From positions 46,750,001-46,814,000 of the forward strand of contig NC_045707.1 in assembly GCF_009834535.1 (NCBI RefSeq): DNA of 64,000 nucleotides. Direction: 5' to 3'. Each line of letters starts with the position of its first letter. The stretch's first letter is position 1. A program made the translations under genes and the position numbers. The DNA comes from Camelus ferus (taxonomy: Eukaryota). The notes beneath the pieces are model-generated. The model was given only the letters and a program-made list of their open reading frames with translations. It did no database searches and was not told where the DNA came from. Below are positions 23,576 through 38,529 of the stretch, one piece after another.

Positions 23576-26200
23576 ATTATATAAGCATATATTTTAAAAT
23601 CCCCTACTTCTTTGATGTAGGGTACAGTGTTCTCATATCATCCTGGGATAATCTCCCAAGGAGTCATTTGATCAGAGCACACAGTTCTATTTATCCAGTT
23701 TCTGAGGATTAGTCTCAGGGGCAACTTTATGCAATATATATTGGCTACTATACAAGGCTTCTCTACTTAAATCAAATGTCCAAATTGAGATTAAGCAAGA
23801 CAAACAGTATTTTCTCTTCTGCATATGCCAATGCCTGCATATGTGGAGTGGAATATTACATTGGTAATAAAGAAGCCAAATCTTTCGACAATTTCCATCC
23901 TTTCCTTCTTCCTAGATGATTTTGGGATTTAGATGTATGACAAACAGAAAGAATAGGAGGAAAATACTTTTTCTTGGAATCCAGAGAAGGCCAATTTCCA
24001 TTTTTTTTTTTTTTGAGAACTGCAGAACATACATAAAACAGGACACGTCTCTAAAAATCTCTGACATATGTATCAGCCACAACCTTTTTGTGTTAAAACA
24101 GCCACAGAAATACTGTTGCTGCCAAAAAAAAGTGCTGTCTGAAATCTTTTTTCTCTTCCTCCCTGCAAGGACGACTTGGGCTTCATTAAATCATTATCAG
24201 AAGACAAGATCTGTTGCTTTGGGGCAGACAGGTCAATGGAGGTTTGATCAACATTGTCTCCTTCATGTGGTCACAGAGTTGTCAGAAGTTGACTATGCAG
24301 CTGTTGGTTAAAAACAATAATCATCTAAAGAAAAGTACATGAATAGTGCTTCTACTTTCCTGGAACTGGGAGTTGGCTTCCTTGGACCCTCTCTCCTTCC
24401 TTCCAGCTTCAAAAAAGAAATTGCTAAATATTCAGTTTGGTGTTTGCCTAAGGATAGCTAAACAAATCTTCTAGTGAGGTGTTTGTCCTTATTTCTGAGA
24501 AGGCAATCCATCACTCAGTTTGATTCTAACAAGAACAAATTTACAGAAACCAGTAGGGGAAAGGGGATTTATCAACAAAGGTCAACTAAAATAAATACCA
24601 ATTTTGAAAACAAGGCTTTCTGTCAAAGCTATGGGAGCACTTGAAAGGCATAAAGAGATCTTTTGGGTTCCAAAGTCTCCACCTGTCTGGTTGGTCTTCA
24701 AACATCAGGGAGTAAAGCAGAATTTGTACAGTATCAGCAAAAGTTTCTTCTTTAGAAACACAGTTTGGGGGGTGGTGGTGGGTAGGGAGTTGTCAGGAAT
24801 AAATAGGAGATTGTGAGGGGTCAAATGTTCTTCTGCTTTTATGCTCCAAAAGTGGCACTTTCTCAGTCATATTCTTAAACTCAGAGTTGTTAAGATGATC
24901 ATGAAGACTGTCAGAAGCAGCAGAATCAGAAAGCAAGACACTGAGCTGCACAGTCTCACCCCTAGGCTTGCTCTCTGACATGAGAATCTGTCTAGAATTT
25001 TTTTCCACTGATCGCTGAAGAGACACTAGTTCCAGAGCCAGAGCCAGGATAAGAATAATTGTATTCAAAGCCTTTCTTTGGGTGTGGAAACTACCTATTT
25101 TGCTCCTGGGTCATAGAGAATATCTGAACTCCAACAGCCATCCCTCTTGTACTTGAAACAAAAGAACGTGGTTAGTTCAAGAAGGTGGACTGAGCTAACA
25201 CTGCTACTTCTCCTCCCTCCCAAATCCTGGGGAAATGGTATACATAGAATGAGACTAAGTTCTAGTCCTAGGGAAGACTAAGTACTAGAAAATGCCTGTT
25301 GAGTAGAAACTAAAGTTCTAGGTAGTTCCAGACTGACAGAAATACCAGAGAGCTGAGAAACACAGGTGCAGGAGAGGGGCTGCTGGGTGAATAATTCTGT
25401 AGCCCGTAAGCTTCCTCAGGACAAGTCATCCTCTGTCTTACTCATTACTGCATCCTCTCTACCTTGTAGAGCTCCTGGTACAGAGATGTTCAATAGTGAC
25501 TATTAAGTATGAATATACTGGTTTTCCTAAGAGAAAAACAAACTCAAGGTCAGCAGGAGAGGACAGGAGGGTATTATGGAATCCTGACTGGGGACTTGAA
25601 ACACTGCCAGGGCAGTGCCTCCCAGGTTGCCCACTGGGGAGCTGGTTATGCTGTTTGCCCTTAGAAATCTCTGAGTAAAGGAATGGACCAGTCATGGGGG
25701 ACTCCTAGAATATGGATGGGGCTAGGGATAACAGTTGGGCATGGCCCAGATATTACTGAATTGTTAATTTAGGAAAGGCAACTTAGAACAGGTGTGGAAT
25801 CCTGTGAGGTGCTCCAAGGGGGTAAATGTCCCTACCTGCTTATTTGAGGAGTGCCTCCAACCTGCTGACCTATCCACCCTGCCCATAAATGTTGACGCAC
25901 AACACATCTGTCACAGTCAGTCAATCAGAATCCAGGGGCAGGCCTGGCCAGGGATATTGGAAGGAAACCTTAATAATTGCTCAGGAAATGATATCAGATA
26001 CAAATAATGATAAATGTATAAATGAACAACTCAGCATCATCAGACCTTTGAATTAAACTCATAGCCTAAGGCTGAGCCAGTAGAGAATTGACATCTCAGG
26101 AACAAGGAAATGTAAGAAACCAAAGACAATGTTGAAAATTTTTTATTTGGTACCTGAGATACCATGGATATTATATCTATTAAACAAGAGTCATCTGCCA

Positions 26201-26706
26201 CTCACTGGATAAAGAAGATGTGGTAGAGTTCTACAATGGAATACTACTCAGCCATAAAAACCGACAACATAATGCCATTTGCAGCAACATGGATGCTCCT
26301 GGAGAATGTCATTCTAAGTGAAGTAAGCCAGAAAGAGAAAGAAAAATACCATATGAGATCGCTCATATGTGGAATCTAAGAAAAAAACAAAAACAAAAAC
26401 AAACAAAGCAAGCATAAATACAAAACAGAAATAGACTCACAGACATAGAATACAAACTTGTGGTTACCAAGGGGGCGGGGGGTGGGAAGAGATAGACTGG
26501 GATTTCAAAATTGTAGAATAGATAAACAAGATTATACAGTATAGCACAGGGAAATACATACAAGATCTTATGGTAGCTCACAGAGAAAAAAATGTGACAA
26601 TGAATATACACATGTTCATGTATAACTGAAAAATTGTGCTCTACACTGGAATTTGACACAACATTGCAAAATGATTATAAATCAATAAAAAATGTTTTAA
26701 AAAAAC
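26201..26706 (+). mobile_element. Young 5'-truncated L1 3' end with TSD, nested in an older L1-like fragment
   Basis: atggaatactactcagccataaaa, atgccatttgcagcaacatggatg, AATAAA plus A-rich tail. TSD tcatctgcca at 26191-26200 and 26707-26716. Confidence 0.9.
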
Positions 26707-27669
26707 TCATCTGCCATAGAAAAAGCCAGGGAAAAAGAAAGACATCTTAAAAATTAAAAATATGATTAACAAACTACAAAACTCAATGTTGAGGATGAAT
26801 TACAGAATAGATACACTTGAAAAGAGAAGTATTGATTTGGAACACCAAATCAAGGTATTCTTCCCTGAACATGCAGCAAAAAGTTAGAAAAAATTTTTTT
26901 TGAGAAAAAAAGAAATACAGAAGATTCAGATTGAAGAAAAAAACAAACTGTTCAATAGGAATTACAGGACCTCATGGATAAGACGACAGGAAGCCATTAC
27001 TAGAAAAATACTCTCCTAGGTTAAATAAGTACTTATGTCTCTAGGTTAAAATTTAATACCCAAAAATGCTGGGCCTGCTAAGTGCCAAGAGGAGGTACAT
27101 AGATATGTTCCACTGATATTTCTGAATTCAAAAATTAAAGAGAAAATCCCAAGCATCTTGGTGGTGGGGTAGGGTGGAAATAGTTTCCTATAAAGAAATA
27201 GGATTAGGCTGGTAACGAGCTTCCATTTTTAATACTAAATGTTAGGCAACAACATAACTTTGGCAAACTTTGAAGAAATAGAATTTTGAATCTACAATTC
27301 TATACACAGCTATACTAGCCTTTAAGTATGTGAGCAAAATAAAGACATTTTCCATGTGCAAGGATTTGGAATGTATACCACAATGGAAGAAAAAGTTTTA
27401 TAAAATATTTCAGTTAGAACTAAATTAAAGTCATTTCTTCATTCTAAAAAACAGTAACTGCTAGCTAGACACATGGTACTGCTTTCCCTCCATTCAGAAA
27501 TTTTCATAGTATATACGTGATTGGAAGAACAAGAAAGGAAGTAAAAGGTTATAAGTGGTGTTTTTTAAACTTAAGTGAAGAATAACAGGCATGTATTTCA
27601 TGAACAAACATGATTTCCAGGGAAACAAATGGACAAATACTTCACATAAAAAGGCTTAAAAATAAATAG

Positions 27670-28153
27670 AAAGATTTGAATCAAGTTTGTGTATAACAGA
27701 AATACTTAAAACAATAGTGGTTTGAATAAAAGAATTTGTTTCTCACATAAAATAAGCCTAATAGGTAGTTTAGGGTTGGTTTAGCAGGAACAGTGTCATC
27801 AGGAACATAGACCTCCAAATTTCTGTTCTGTCACTTTCAGGTCTGGCTGACCTTCGAGTCATCTGATAGTCCTAAGGGGCTGCTGGAATTCCACCCATCA
27901 TATCCACATTCCAGGTAGTAGGAAGGGCAAATGGTAATCACAATGGAGACAGCATTCCTGGACCCCATTCAATACTCCTATTTAAACTTAATTAGCCAGA
28001 ATTTTGTCACATGCTCATACTTCGGGCAAGAGAGAATGGAAATTTAGTTTTGTATTCTGTGTGGTAAAGTATTGTGAACTGTACATCAGAACTCTGTTTC
28101 CAAGGAGGAAGGGGAGAGTGGATACTAAAGACCACCAGTAGTATCTGCACACA
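27670..28153 (-). mobile_element. MLT1-type MaLR LTR
   Basis: ataacagaaatacttaaaacaatagtggtttgaat...tttctcacat; attagccagaattttgtcacatg; ggaggaaggggagagtggatact. Confidence 0.55.
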
Positions 28154-28249
28154 ATACCACTTTCCTGATCAGGAAGATTCAGTTTTACAAAGAACTCAAA
28201 TTTCCTCAGGTTAATCTACAAATTCAATGCAACGCCAATGACTTTTTTT

Positions 28250-30400
28250 CCTCCTAATTTAAAAAACGGAGGTAAAACTTGATATGCACAGTGAAACACG
28301 CAGATCTTAACTGTTACAGTTTAACGAGTTTTGACAAAGGCATACAGCAGTTAAAAACAGCATGCCTATCAAGATCAAGCACACCTGGAGCAGAGGTTCC
28401 ATCCTACCAATAGGGGTCTGGGTGGGAGAAGTGAAGCCTGGTTCTCCCCACCATGCCTCCCTGAAATAGAGCTCCCATGCCTATTCCATTTGAAGTATTT
28501 TAAAAACGCCAACAGTCTGCCTCTGTCCCTCCAAGTGTGAACATGTAGCCCCAGACTGGAGTGAGGGGAGCGTACCAGGGGCTAGAGAGACCTCCCATCT
28601 TGTTTGTTGCACAAGCCCAAGGTAGAGTCTCCACAGGCACAGCTGGGGAGAGGTGGGGTAAGTGACTTAAGTGCTGTAGACGCTCACTGTTCTTGCTGAG
28701 ATTTAGATTTTCTTGAATGAATTTTTCTCCACTTGCTGTAAGCTGTATGCCCTCAGGACAATCTCCAGAGACTTGGAATGATTTCTAATGAAAAATATTT
28801 TTCACAAGTTAAATTGTTGCTTTGCTGGGAGGAGGGTCTGGGAAGTTCTGCCCCACCCCAACCCCATTCATTATTTCCAATAATCAGTCATTCTTATCTT
28901 TATTCTCATGTGTATGCTGTGCCTTTTATCTGGCTGTTTTTGACTTATTTTGCTTTATCCTTGGTTTTCAGCCATTTGACAATGATGTGCCTTAATGTGG
29001 ATTTCTTTCTGTTTTTCCTGCTTGGGGTTTACTGGGTTTCTTAGGTTCATGGATTGATATTATTAATCGAATTTGGAAAAATTTCAGCCAAAATTTCCTT
29101 AAATATTTTTTTGCCCCATTAGTTCTCTCTTCTCCTTCTGAATAACATGCATGTTAAACTGCTTATTTTCCTATAGGTAACTGAGGCTCTGTAAATTTTT
29201 TTCAAGTTTTTATTTTTTTCCTCTTCAGTTTGGCAGTTTTTGGTGACTTTTCTTCAAGTTCCTTGACCTTTCCTTCTGCCATCTTCAAACTGATGTTAAT
29301 CCCACCCAATATTTTCAGGTATTCTATTTTTTATTTCAGATATTTTTTTCCCCAGTTCTGTGATTTCCATATGGTTCCTTTTTCTTTGTTTGCTTAAGCA
29401 TTTTTATATCTTTCCTGATCTGTGTCTTCACATACTGTATCCATTTTTTGTGTGTGTAAATTCTTTAACGTATTTATAATAGGAATTTTAAAGTCCTTAT
29501 ATGTTGATTCCAACATCTGCTTTGTCTGTGGGTCTTCTTTTATTTTCTGGGGGGTTTTGGTCTCTTTATTATGGGTCACATTTTCCTACTTCTTTGTGTT
29601 TCTGGTAGTTTTTCTTGTAAACTGAACACTGTAAATGATACGTTGTGGAAACTCTAAATTCTGTTATCTTCCTCTGGTGAGTACTAGGTTTTGTTTCAGA
29701 ACGCAGCTAAATTTCTTGTGGATAACCTTACTCCTTTGCAGGCTTGATTCTGACTTTGTTGGGTTAGTTATATTTAATTTTTATCCTTAGTCCTAGGCTC
29801 ACAGTCCTTAGCTCAGTCCTGCAATATAGTCCTTACATCTATGGCATGATGCTTCTGGCATATCATAGGAATGCAAGACATGTTTATCAAACCACTATGA
29901 TTTGGAAGATTTTAACTGCAAACTATCTCCCAGCACCAGGTGGCTGCTGAAATCTCTGCTCAGCTCTTTCAGCCATCCAGCTGTTGTTTTCTGCTCTCCT
30001 CCTTAGTCTTATCTTGTGCATTACAGCTGAAGAGTCAGCCAAGGTTTTGAGAAGATTTTGCACATAGATCTGGGGGCTCCCCCCATCACTCCTAAACTTC
30101 TGGGATTTTTCTGCCCCCTTCAAATTCCAATGGCTCAGGCAGCCTCGTAGTCTGGCCTCTAACTCTTCAGTCTAGTAAGTCTGTGTTCTGCAGACTAGTG
30201 AATGTCTGCAGGGGAAAAGCCAGCTAAATGTGAATTATATCTCCTCCAGTTTGTGTCTGATTTTGGCCCTTCTCTAATGCCTTGAAGTAGATAGACAAGA
30301 AGAGTTTATAATTATTATTGGTAGGATGTTTAGTCTGATATAAACTACTCTGCCATTATTTGAAGCTGTCAGTCTTTATAATTTTTAAACATAAATGACA
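28250..30400 (-). mobile_element. Old L1M fragments (5' UTR/ORF1 region)
   Basis: T-rich antisense-L1 text: tctttatccttggttttcagccatttgac-like, atttggaaaaatttcagcc, gtttttatttttttcctcttcag. Confidence 0.6.
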
Positions 30401-31195
30401 TCATGCTATATACTTTATAACGTTCTAAAAATTGAACATATTTTAGATATCATTCTGTGTCAATACGTATTAAATGACCTTATTTCCTTTGTCTGACATA
30501 CGGTGCTCCAAGTATTCAACTATAGAGCTACATGACAAGGATAAACTGTCAAATGGAGCTATGGGTTATCAATTAAACCTCTTTGAATGTTCTTTGAAAG
30601 ATGCTGAATTACTTTTCTTTTGAGTGCAGCTCCTTATGAAGACTATTTATATTTGGGTCTGCGGCATCATGAATTTAAATAATCCTCTATTAATGTGCTT
30701 TCTGGTTGTTTCCAGTTTTACTTATTACAAGCAATGGTAAATGAGCATTTTTGTACATAATTTTTTGGTCTTCCCTACAGAATTATTATCCTAGAGGTGG
30801 AATTGTTGAGTAACAGTAAATACATATTCAAAATTTTAATATAAAATTACCAATTATTCTTCAATAAAAGTTATACAAATATACACTCTCCAAAAGTATA
30901 TGAGAATGCCTATTTCTTCCTAACTTTAACAACGTCAGGTATTAGTCTTTTAAATCTTTCCCATACATACAAACCACCCTAGTAGCATCCCATAAGAGGA
31001 GGACTGTCCAGCCCTCTTTTGCTGTTCTCAGTCTTGATTCCGAGCTATTGTCCCTCTGCTTTTCCAACACTGTGTCTCTGTCTTGCCCTCTGCATAGGAC
31101 CATCACTGCTTGTCTCTGGGATCCCCCTCAAAAACAATTTGGATTCTACCTCCAGGCATGCTTCCTGACTATACTGATAAAAAACATAATTTTCA

Positions 31196-32246
31196 ATGGA
31201 ATGGGAGAAAACATTTGCAAAAAATGAAACTGATGAGGGCTTGATCTCTAGAATATATAAACAGCTCATATGACTTAATAAGAAAAAAACAAACAACCCA
31301 ATCCAAAAATGGGCAGAAGAGCTAAACAAGCAATTCTCCAAGGAAGACATACAAATGATCAAAAAGCACATGAAAAAATGCTCAATATCACTAATTATCA
31401 GAGAAATGCAAATCAAAACTACAAGGAGGTATCATCTCACACCAGTCAGAATGGCCATCATTCAAAAGTCCACAGATGATAAATGCTGGGAGGCTGTGTA
31501 GAAAAGGGAGCTGTGCATTGGTGGGAATGCAGTTTGGTACAGCCATTGTGGAAAATAGTATGGAGATTCCTCAAAAGACTGAAAATAGACTTACCATATG
31601 ACCTAGCAATCTCACTCCTGGGCATATACCCAGAAGGAACCCTAATTCAAAAAGACACCGGCACCCTAATGTTCATAGCAACACTATTTACAATAGCCAA
31701 GCCATGGAAACAACCTAAATGTCCATCAACAGATGACTGGATAAAGAAGTTGTGGTGTATTTATACAATGGAATACTACTCAGCCATAAAAAAGAAAAAA
31801 TAATGCCATTTGCAGCAACATGGATGTCCCTGGAGAATGTCATTCTAAGTGAAGTAAGCCAGAAAGAGAAAGAAAAATACCATATAATATCACTCATATG
31901 TGGACTCGAAAAAGAAAAAAAGAAGAAGATAAATGAACTTAAATATAAAACAGAAACAGACTCACAGACATAGAATATAAACTTGTGGTTGCCAGGGGGG
32001 AGGGGGGTTAGAAGGGATAAACTGGGAGTTCGAGATTTGTAGATACTGACAGGTATCTATAGAACAGATAAACAAGTTTATACTACATAGAACAGGGAAA
32101 TATATTCAAGATCTTGTAGTAGCTCACGGTGAAAACAGTATGAAAATGAATATATATGTATTAATGTATGACTGAAAAATTGTGCTGTACATCAGAAATT
32201 GACACGACATTGTAAACTGACTTTAATTCAATACAAACAAACAAAC
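31196..32246 (+). mobile_element. 5'-truncated L1 (ORF2 C-terminus plus 3' UTR) with 17-bp TSD
   Basis: ORF 31483-31803 ([34 protein letters not shown]…MEYYSAIKK) is the L1 ORF2 C-terminus. TSD aaaaaacataatttYca at 31179-31195 and 32247-32263. Confidence 0.95.
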
Positions 32247-32547
32247 AAAAAACATAATTTCCAGCTCACCTGGCCCAGGGCTTTATTCTCTAGTGTTCTT
32301 CCACCATGAATATTTCTGGTTTACCTCATTCCCTTCACCTTCCCTCATTTACCTTCACAATTTACCTCATCTCCCAAATCTAAAATAGATACTTTTGTCT
32401 TTGTGAATTAAGGTCACTGCAATTTGAACCATATATCTGCAACAATTGGTTCAAAAGTACTTTGTTAGTAAGAAATGCTCTAAAATGTCTTCAAAATTAT
32501 TGCTGTAGTTTCCTTTCATTCTTTACTTTTAAAAAGTAACCATTAAT

Positions 32548-32693
32548 GGGGGTGTGACAGGTAACAGCTCAGTAGTAGAGTGCATGCTTAGCATGCATGA
32601 GGTCCTGGGCTCGATCCCCAGTACTTCCACTAACAAAAATAAAAATTAAAATTAAAAAAATAAATTAAATTAAACTATAACTATATAAAATAT
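32548..32693 (+). mobile_element. Camelid tRNA-derived SINE (vic-1-like)
   Basis: A box agctcagtagtagag and B box gggctcgatccc, followed by an A-rich tail. TSD aaaaagtaaccattaa (32531-32546) / aaaaaataaccatgaa (32694-32709). Confidence 0.85.
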
Positions 32694-32709
32694 AAAAAAT
32701 AACCATGAA

Positions 32710-33960
32710 GAGATCAAATAACATACTGGCACATTTTCTAAGTAAAATATATGTCAAGGAATTGTTAAAAGCAGTTTAAAGATAGAAAACTAAACATACA
32801 CATTTTCTTGAACATTCTCTGGATTCCCACTAACTGACATAAAGGGATTTTTTTTTTAAGACCTAAGAGGAAAGAGAAAGTGCTGCAAATTAGAAAACAG
32901 AAGAAAGATGAACTGACCCAGCAGACCCAGGAAAACTATGTCATAAGTGAGCAAGCTAAGCAGTAGCCCGTTTTCCAACACATATAGGGACCCCAGATCT
33001 CAAGAAACAGAATCATCAGGGGTTTATGATTTGGGGATAAAGGACAGAAGGAGTGGCTAGACCGCCCTTGCCAAATTCTTCTTTCTTATTTTGTGCAACC
33101 AGGTGATATCCTCTCCTTCTACCTCAGCAGGAAATGGGGGTTTATACTCTGGAGGGAGTGAAAACAGAAGGTCTCTGAGATGGGGCCACAGGGTATAGCT
33201 GAGGGCAGTAACCACTTGGAAAACAGGAGAATTAAATACTAAATGTTGAAACCCTCCCCTATAGTTACTGACCCTCTTCTATTACTTGGTTCATAGAATA
33301 CTATGCAGGATATTAGAAGACTCTCTGAAAAAATACCTGACAAACGAAAAGACCTAAAGATGCTGACATTCCAGTTATCCAATTAAACAGCCCAGCCTCA
33401 TCACTCTACAAGAGATCTGGTGGTCTCCAAGCCCCACCCACAATACAAAGCTACCATTATGCTTTTTAGTGCCCTGATTTTAAATATAAACTACAGCCAA
33501 GGATCACCAGATATCTGAAGAAAGCCTCACATATAAAGACAGAGAATAAAAACAAAGAGATTAAAGTAATTTGGAGGTGAAAGAGGTGAAAATAATCAGG
33601 CAGCTAAGAGAATGTACTGCAGACATGAAGCAGCAGGATGCTGTTTTAAAAGGAGTATCCACAAAACAAAGATGTCTTTGAAATGAAAAAACATGGCATA
33701 AATTAAAAACCCAATAAAAAGTTTAGAAGAAAACCCTGACAAAACTTCCAAAGGACAACAAAATGACAGAAAATAGGAGAGAAAAGACAAGAACATTTAA
33801 GGACTAAAACAGGAAGTCTGATATCCAAACAGTATGAGTCATAGAAGAGGAAAAGAGAAAACGGAGGAAATGAAGTCATGAAAGGAAGGTGAGATGACTC
33901 CACAGTGACTCCACAGTGAGAAGGCAGTACATAATGCCCAAAGCTTGAAAAAATCATTGG
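32710..33960 (+). mobile_element. Old L1M 5' UTR/ORF1 remnant
   Basis: A-rich ORF1-like text (gccaaggatcaccagatatctgaagaaagc, aattaaaaacccaataaaaagtttagaagaaa). Confidence 0.5.
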
Positions 33961-36900
33961 CTCTAATATTTTTTTGAATTAGTAAATAAATGAAACAACA
34001 CTCTTGAACGCAGTCCTATAGGTAAATGAAATCATATTATGTGTCACCTCCTCTAGAATACTGGGGTCCTGGGAGGAGGCCCAGGACAGTACATACTGCC
34101 TGAGTCGGGTGAAGGGTCAGAACACAGGAAACGGCACCGCCGTGCCGGCGCTGCAGAGTTGGCACATGCGACTTACAGTGGTGGTTCCAGGTTACAGCTG
34201 CTGTGTATCTTGCCAGCCTTCTCCCCGTTTGCACAGTTGCTGACTAGCATCTGGAATAGAGATCATCATCGATAGCTTCACCCTGTCATCTTTGCCTGTA
34301 GTTCATAGAACCCAGGGGCTTTATCAGAGGTGGCATCTTGGAGAGAACGACCCAAAAGCCTAAAAAATAGTGCAACTGAGTCACCAAAATGAAAGGCTAA
34401 CAAAATGAGGGAAACCTCGGACCAGGCCAGAGGTAGTGAGGGAGAGAGTGGGGAACCAGAGTGTCCCCACAGGAGCATTTTAGGTCTCCCTTCAGTATGA
34501 CCTCATAGCTTACTGATCTTTTCCTTCTTTATCGTTTGCCACAGCTTTTAACTTCTCACGAAATTACAGGCTCCACAAGGACAGGATCTATGCTTGCTTT
34601 GCTATGATGTCCCTCATCAGTACTTGGCACATAAGAGGTACAACAAAAAGTTGTTAAATAAATGAACAAACAAATCAGGTAAGAGCAGAAAAGTCTGAGC
34701 TGGCAAGTGAGCTGTAGAGCCTGGAGGACTTTCCTGAGCTAAATAAAAATAGGACGAAACTGTTGTTGCTTGATGTGGGAGGCCAACAGCCTGGACACGG
34801 GAGGGAAGAGGTCCTTACAGGTGCCCACTGTGCCTGGGGACTGTGGCAGTCATGCCACACACACATGCGTTTGTGCCTGAAGCACTCACCGTGAATCCTG
34901 AACGCTGGAGCCGTGACTGCCCAGGCAAGCCTGGCTTTACAAGGGAGGCCACCATGGCTGAAGATCACTTTTGTTCATAGACAGTGGGGCTGGAAAGGAA
35001 ATTCCTCAGGTTTTTACTTGAAAGCTCAAACTTCAGGTTGGCCAACAGCAACCTCACACCATCTTGGCTGGAATTAAATTCAGACGAGAGGTCATTTCCC
35101 AATCCTGTGGATGATCTAACAAGATATGCTGTTTCGAAGGCAGGATATAGCCACAGTCAACTACAAAGGGTGGGAGGATCATTCCTCAGAGGGTAGAGTA
35201 GACCAACGACATTTTATTTTGAAAAAAGTTTCGAGTCTGCTCCGTGGGGACAGAAGGAAGGCTCTGGGGTGGGGATAGAGAGCAAGGACAATTTTTAATA
35301 ACATCAAGAAGCAGCTCAGATTTCACTTGGCTAAATAAAGGCAGAACACTCCTCAAAACACTGAGATACTAAGACAACTTATTAGCGCTGCTCCCATAAT
35401 GGTGGGAGAAAAAAATTCAACCATTTACCTAAAATCAGTGTTGCCACGGAGGGGATGCAGAACTATCCTGCTCAGAGAAAGTGAAAAGGCCTCTTTCCCC
35501 TGAGATTCTGGCTTTTCCTCCACTTTCTCCTGCAAAAGGCTATCAGGGGAAGGTTATGAATAGAGCTCTTTTCCTTCAGCCAATGAGACAAACACCCTAT
35601 TCAAAAGCCCATGCAGTGCCCTGCCCACAGATTGTCTCAGCCCGGATTATCTTGGCTTTTGACGAAATCCCATGGGGCAACAACGGCAACCTCGCTTTGC
35701 TGTGCTATTTCACATGACTTTCTGGCTGGCAGCAGGCAGGAACTAGTAAAGATCTATTTTATGAACGTCACCCACTTGCTCTCCATAATAGTGAGGGGAG
35801 AGAGCTGCTTACATCAAAAGTCCAGCAGGTGGGTTGGAAACAACGAAGCTGACACAGCCATTCTGGGATCCTCGGCAGCACCTCGGGGGTTATAAAGACA
35901 GCTCAGATGGGCTTGAGTTCAAATGCTGACATTGCTATGTATTTTAGTGAGTGACCCTGGGTTAGATAACTTCCTCAAGCGTCAGTTTTCTGACCTGTAA
36001 AATAAGGGAACTCAGGCTAAAATCCTGGCGTCTATGGTGGTCAGAGGATGAAATGACACCTTGCCCTTGAAATCAACTTCCCCCGAGGCTGGCTCATAAC
36101 AGATGCTCCCTCAGCGCTGTTTCCTCTCTCGTCTTCTCTCCCTCCCTTCTCTGTGCTCATTGCACGTGGCCGCAGTAATCCTGCAGGATGAGTCAGCTGA
36201 AATGGAGCAGGAACTTAGTGAACAGGACGTGTTCTAGAATTGCCTTAAATGAACATCAGGAAGCCTAAGAAACGTATGCAAGACTTTTGGACTCCGGGGC
36301 AGCAGTGTTTATATTATTACCCTGTTACCTGTTTTGTGGTGCATGGTTAGCATCCATTCATTTGGTCATGCTTTCATTCACTCACTGAGACTTTCATTAA
36401 TGCTCACTGCATTAGGAAAGGTGGGGACACAAGACACAGGTCTGTCCTCACAGCGCCTAGAACCCTAGAATACAAGGGGGCAAATGCCAAGGGAGCCTCA
36501 CTTTCACCCTCTGACTTTGCGACCAGCAAAGACGGACCCTGGCCTGGGTCAAGGATGATGTCATTGCCAGTGGGAGGGACTTCTTTATAGAAAATAAATG
36601 ACCTTAATGGGACATTAAACATGTGGCCTTATAAGCACCACATTAAGGAGCCCATCAGGCACACTTGCTTAGATCTTCATAGTTCAGGAGACAAAATGTG
36701 TGTAAGGCTAATGCTCCCATCAAAACCCCAAAAGGGTACGTGGCCATAAGCAGGACCCAGTGTTCCCAAATTTCATATACGTATGACTAATGCAGAATAT
36801 TTTGTATGAGGTGTTAGGTATTTAGCTTTATGTGTATTTTAAATACAAATAACATTAACCCATTGTTTCAAACAGACTATTGCTAAAAGAAAATAATTTT

Positions 36901-38529
36901 TTAAGTGAGTTAATTTTTTAAAAAATTTGCACAGGTAGTACATTATATATTAAAAATTATTAAAGTGGTACTCAAGTGGCCAGAGTTTGGGAAGCACACA
37001 GTGGTTCTCACTGGGGACACTCCTGGCATCTGGGGACAGGCAGCTCTTCAGCTATTGCCACACTGCCTGATGCCTAATACTCTCAGCCACTGCTCGCTAC
37101 ATGGTAATAGTACCTTCTCTACAGTGCACGGTGATAATTCCCTCACAAAAAATGCCTCCAAAGATTTCCAAATGCCACATGTAGAAGGCTGGGGGGATGT
37201 GGTGCCACTCCTGGCTGGGAACTATCACTAAACTAAAGTTAAAGACTTGCTGGAGGCCCCATTGGAAAAACAAGCTATTTTCAGATATTTTTAAAATAGA
37301 ACGAAGGGAAGATAAAAGTCAAGTTCAATTACCAAGTGGCTTAGCACAGGAGGGGGTGGGGAACCATAGTAAGCAACTGAGAACCCAAATGAGAAGACAG
37401 CAAAGACACAAAGAAAGTCCTGGCAAGAGTGGGGACAGACAGGAAAGGCCTGGGGCTGCAGACAGAGCCTTCCTGGTTTGGGGCTGCTGTTATGAGGCAA
37501 GACCAGTTCCTTCCTGCTTGTCTTACAGGTGCCACCTGGCATCTGACAATGACCAGAGAGAGTGCCCGTGGCCTGCTGAAGAACAGGCAATACATCCTAT
37601 TGCTTGAACCAAGTGTGGTGGGACACCAAGCCAGAAAGGTATTTTGCAAGGATAAAAGAATCTTATGATGAAATATGTGACAGATTTATCAATCATTAAA
37701 GAAGGAAAGAAGGTCCCAGAAAACCACGAGTCCCTTTCCAAGTGACCCACAATGTGCTGCTAACAGTGAGGATAAACTGATGCTTTTGGACACTACCCAA
37801 GATACTATTCATGCCTTTGAAAAATTTTTGTTATTTTTGGAACCTTTGAGCTCCCAGTTTTCCCAGCATACTCAAGGTTGAGGGTCCTCTTCCTCTAGGT
37901 ATCTGTAGAACAAATTTTTTCAAAGTTGTTAATAGGTGATGTCATGGAAAAAAGCTGCCAGTGTCAAATAAATTTGGGAAATAGCTTACATTTCTATTTT
38001 GGAGATTCACAATGTACACCAGTACCTTAAAGGTCTTGAGAAGAACTCTTCTGTTCTTTGGCAACTTAAAAGGTGAAATCCAAACTGCTCGCCTAGTTTT
38101 AAAAGTCAGCTCACTTGTCCCAGCTTCACCCAATCGATGTAATTTTCTTGAGAGGCAGGCTCATCCCTACTGCTCCTAGTATCTATCTTTTCCATCCTCA
38201 CTTCTGGGCCTTCTTCCACATTCCTCCATCCTCTAGAAACACCTTTCCCAAGCTTTCCACTGACTCTATACCTCTGTCAAGCCCAGCTCAAGGGTCATAT
38301 CCTAACAACTGTTTCCCACAGGGAACTTTCTCTTTACTGTGAATTTTCTCAGAATCGTATCTGTAAAAGGTGGTGCCATATCATTGTGATCACTTCTCTG
38401 TTGTCTTGGGATTATCATCTGGTATGTGATGCATGCAGTTTGTAAACAGCTTTGATTTTTTTCAGCTTCTCATGGGAGCTCACTGTTGTACTATGGATTA
38501 TAAGGGCCTTGTAGAAAAAAACATTTCTT

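Noticed and set aside
32548..32630. tRNA-like sequences (also 42501-42602 and 55494-55624)
   Set aside because: They have A-rich tails, TSDs and degenerate stems, so they are SINEs rather than tRNA genes.
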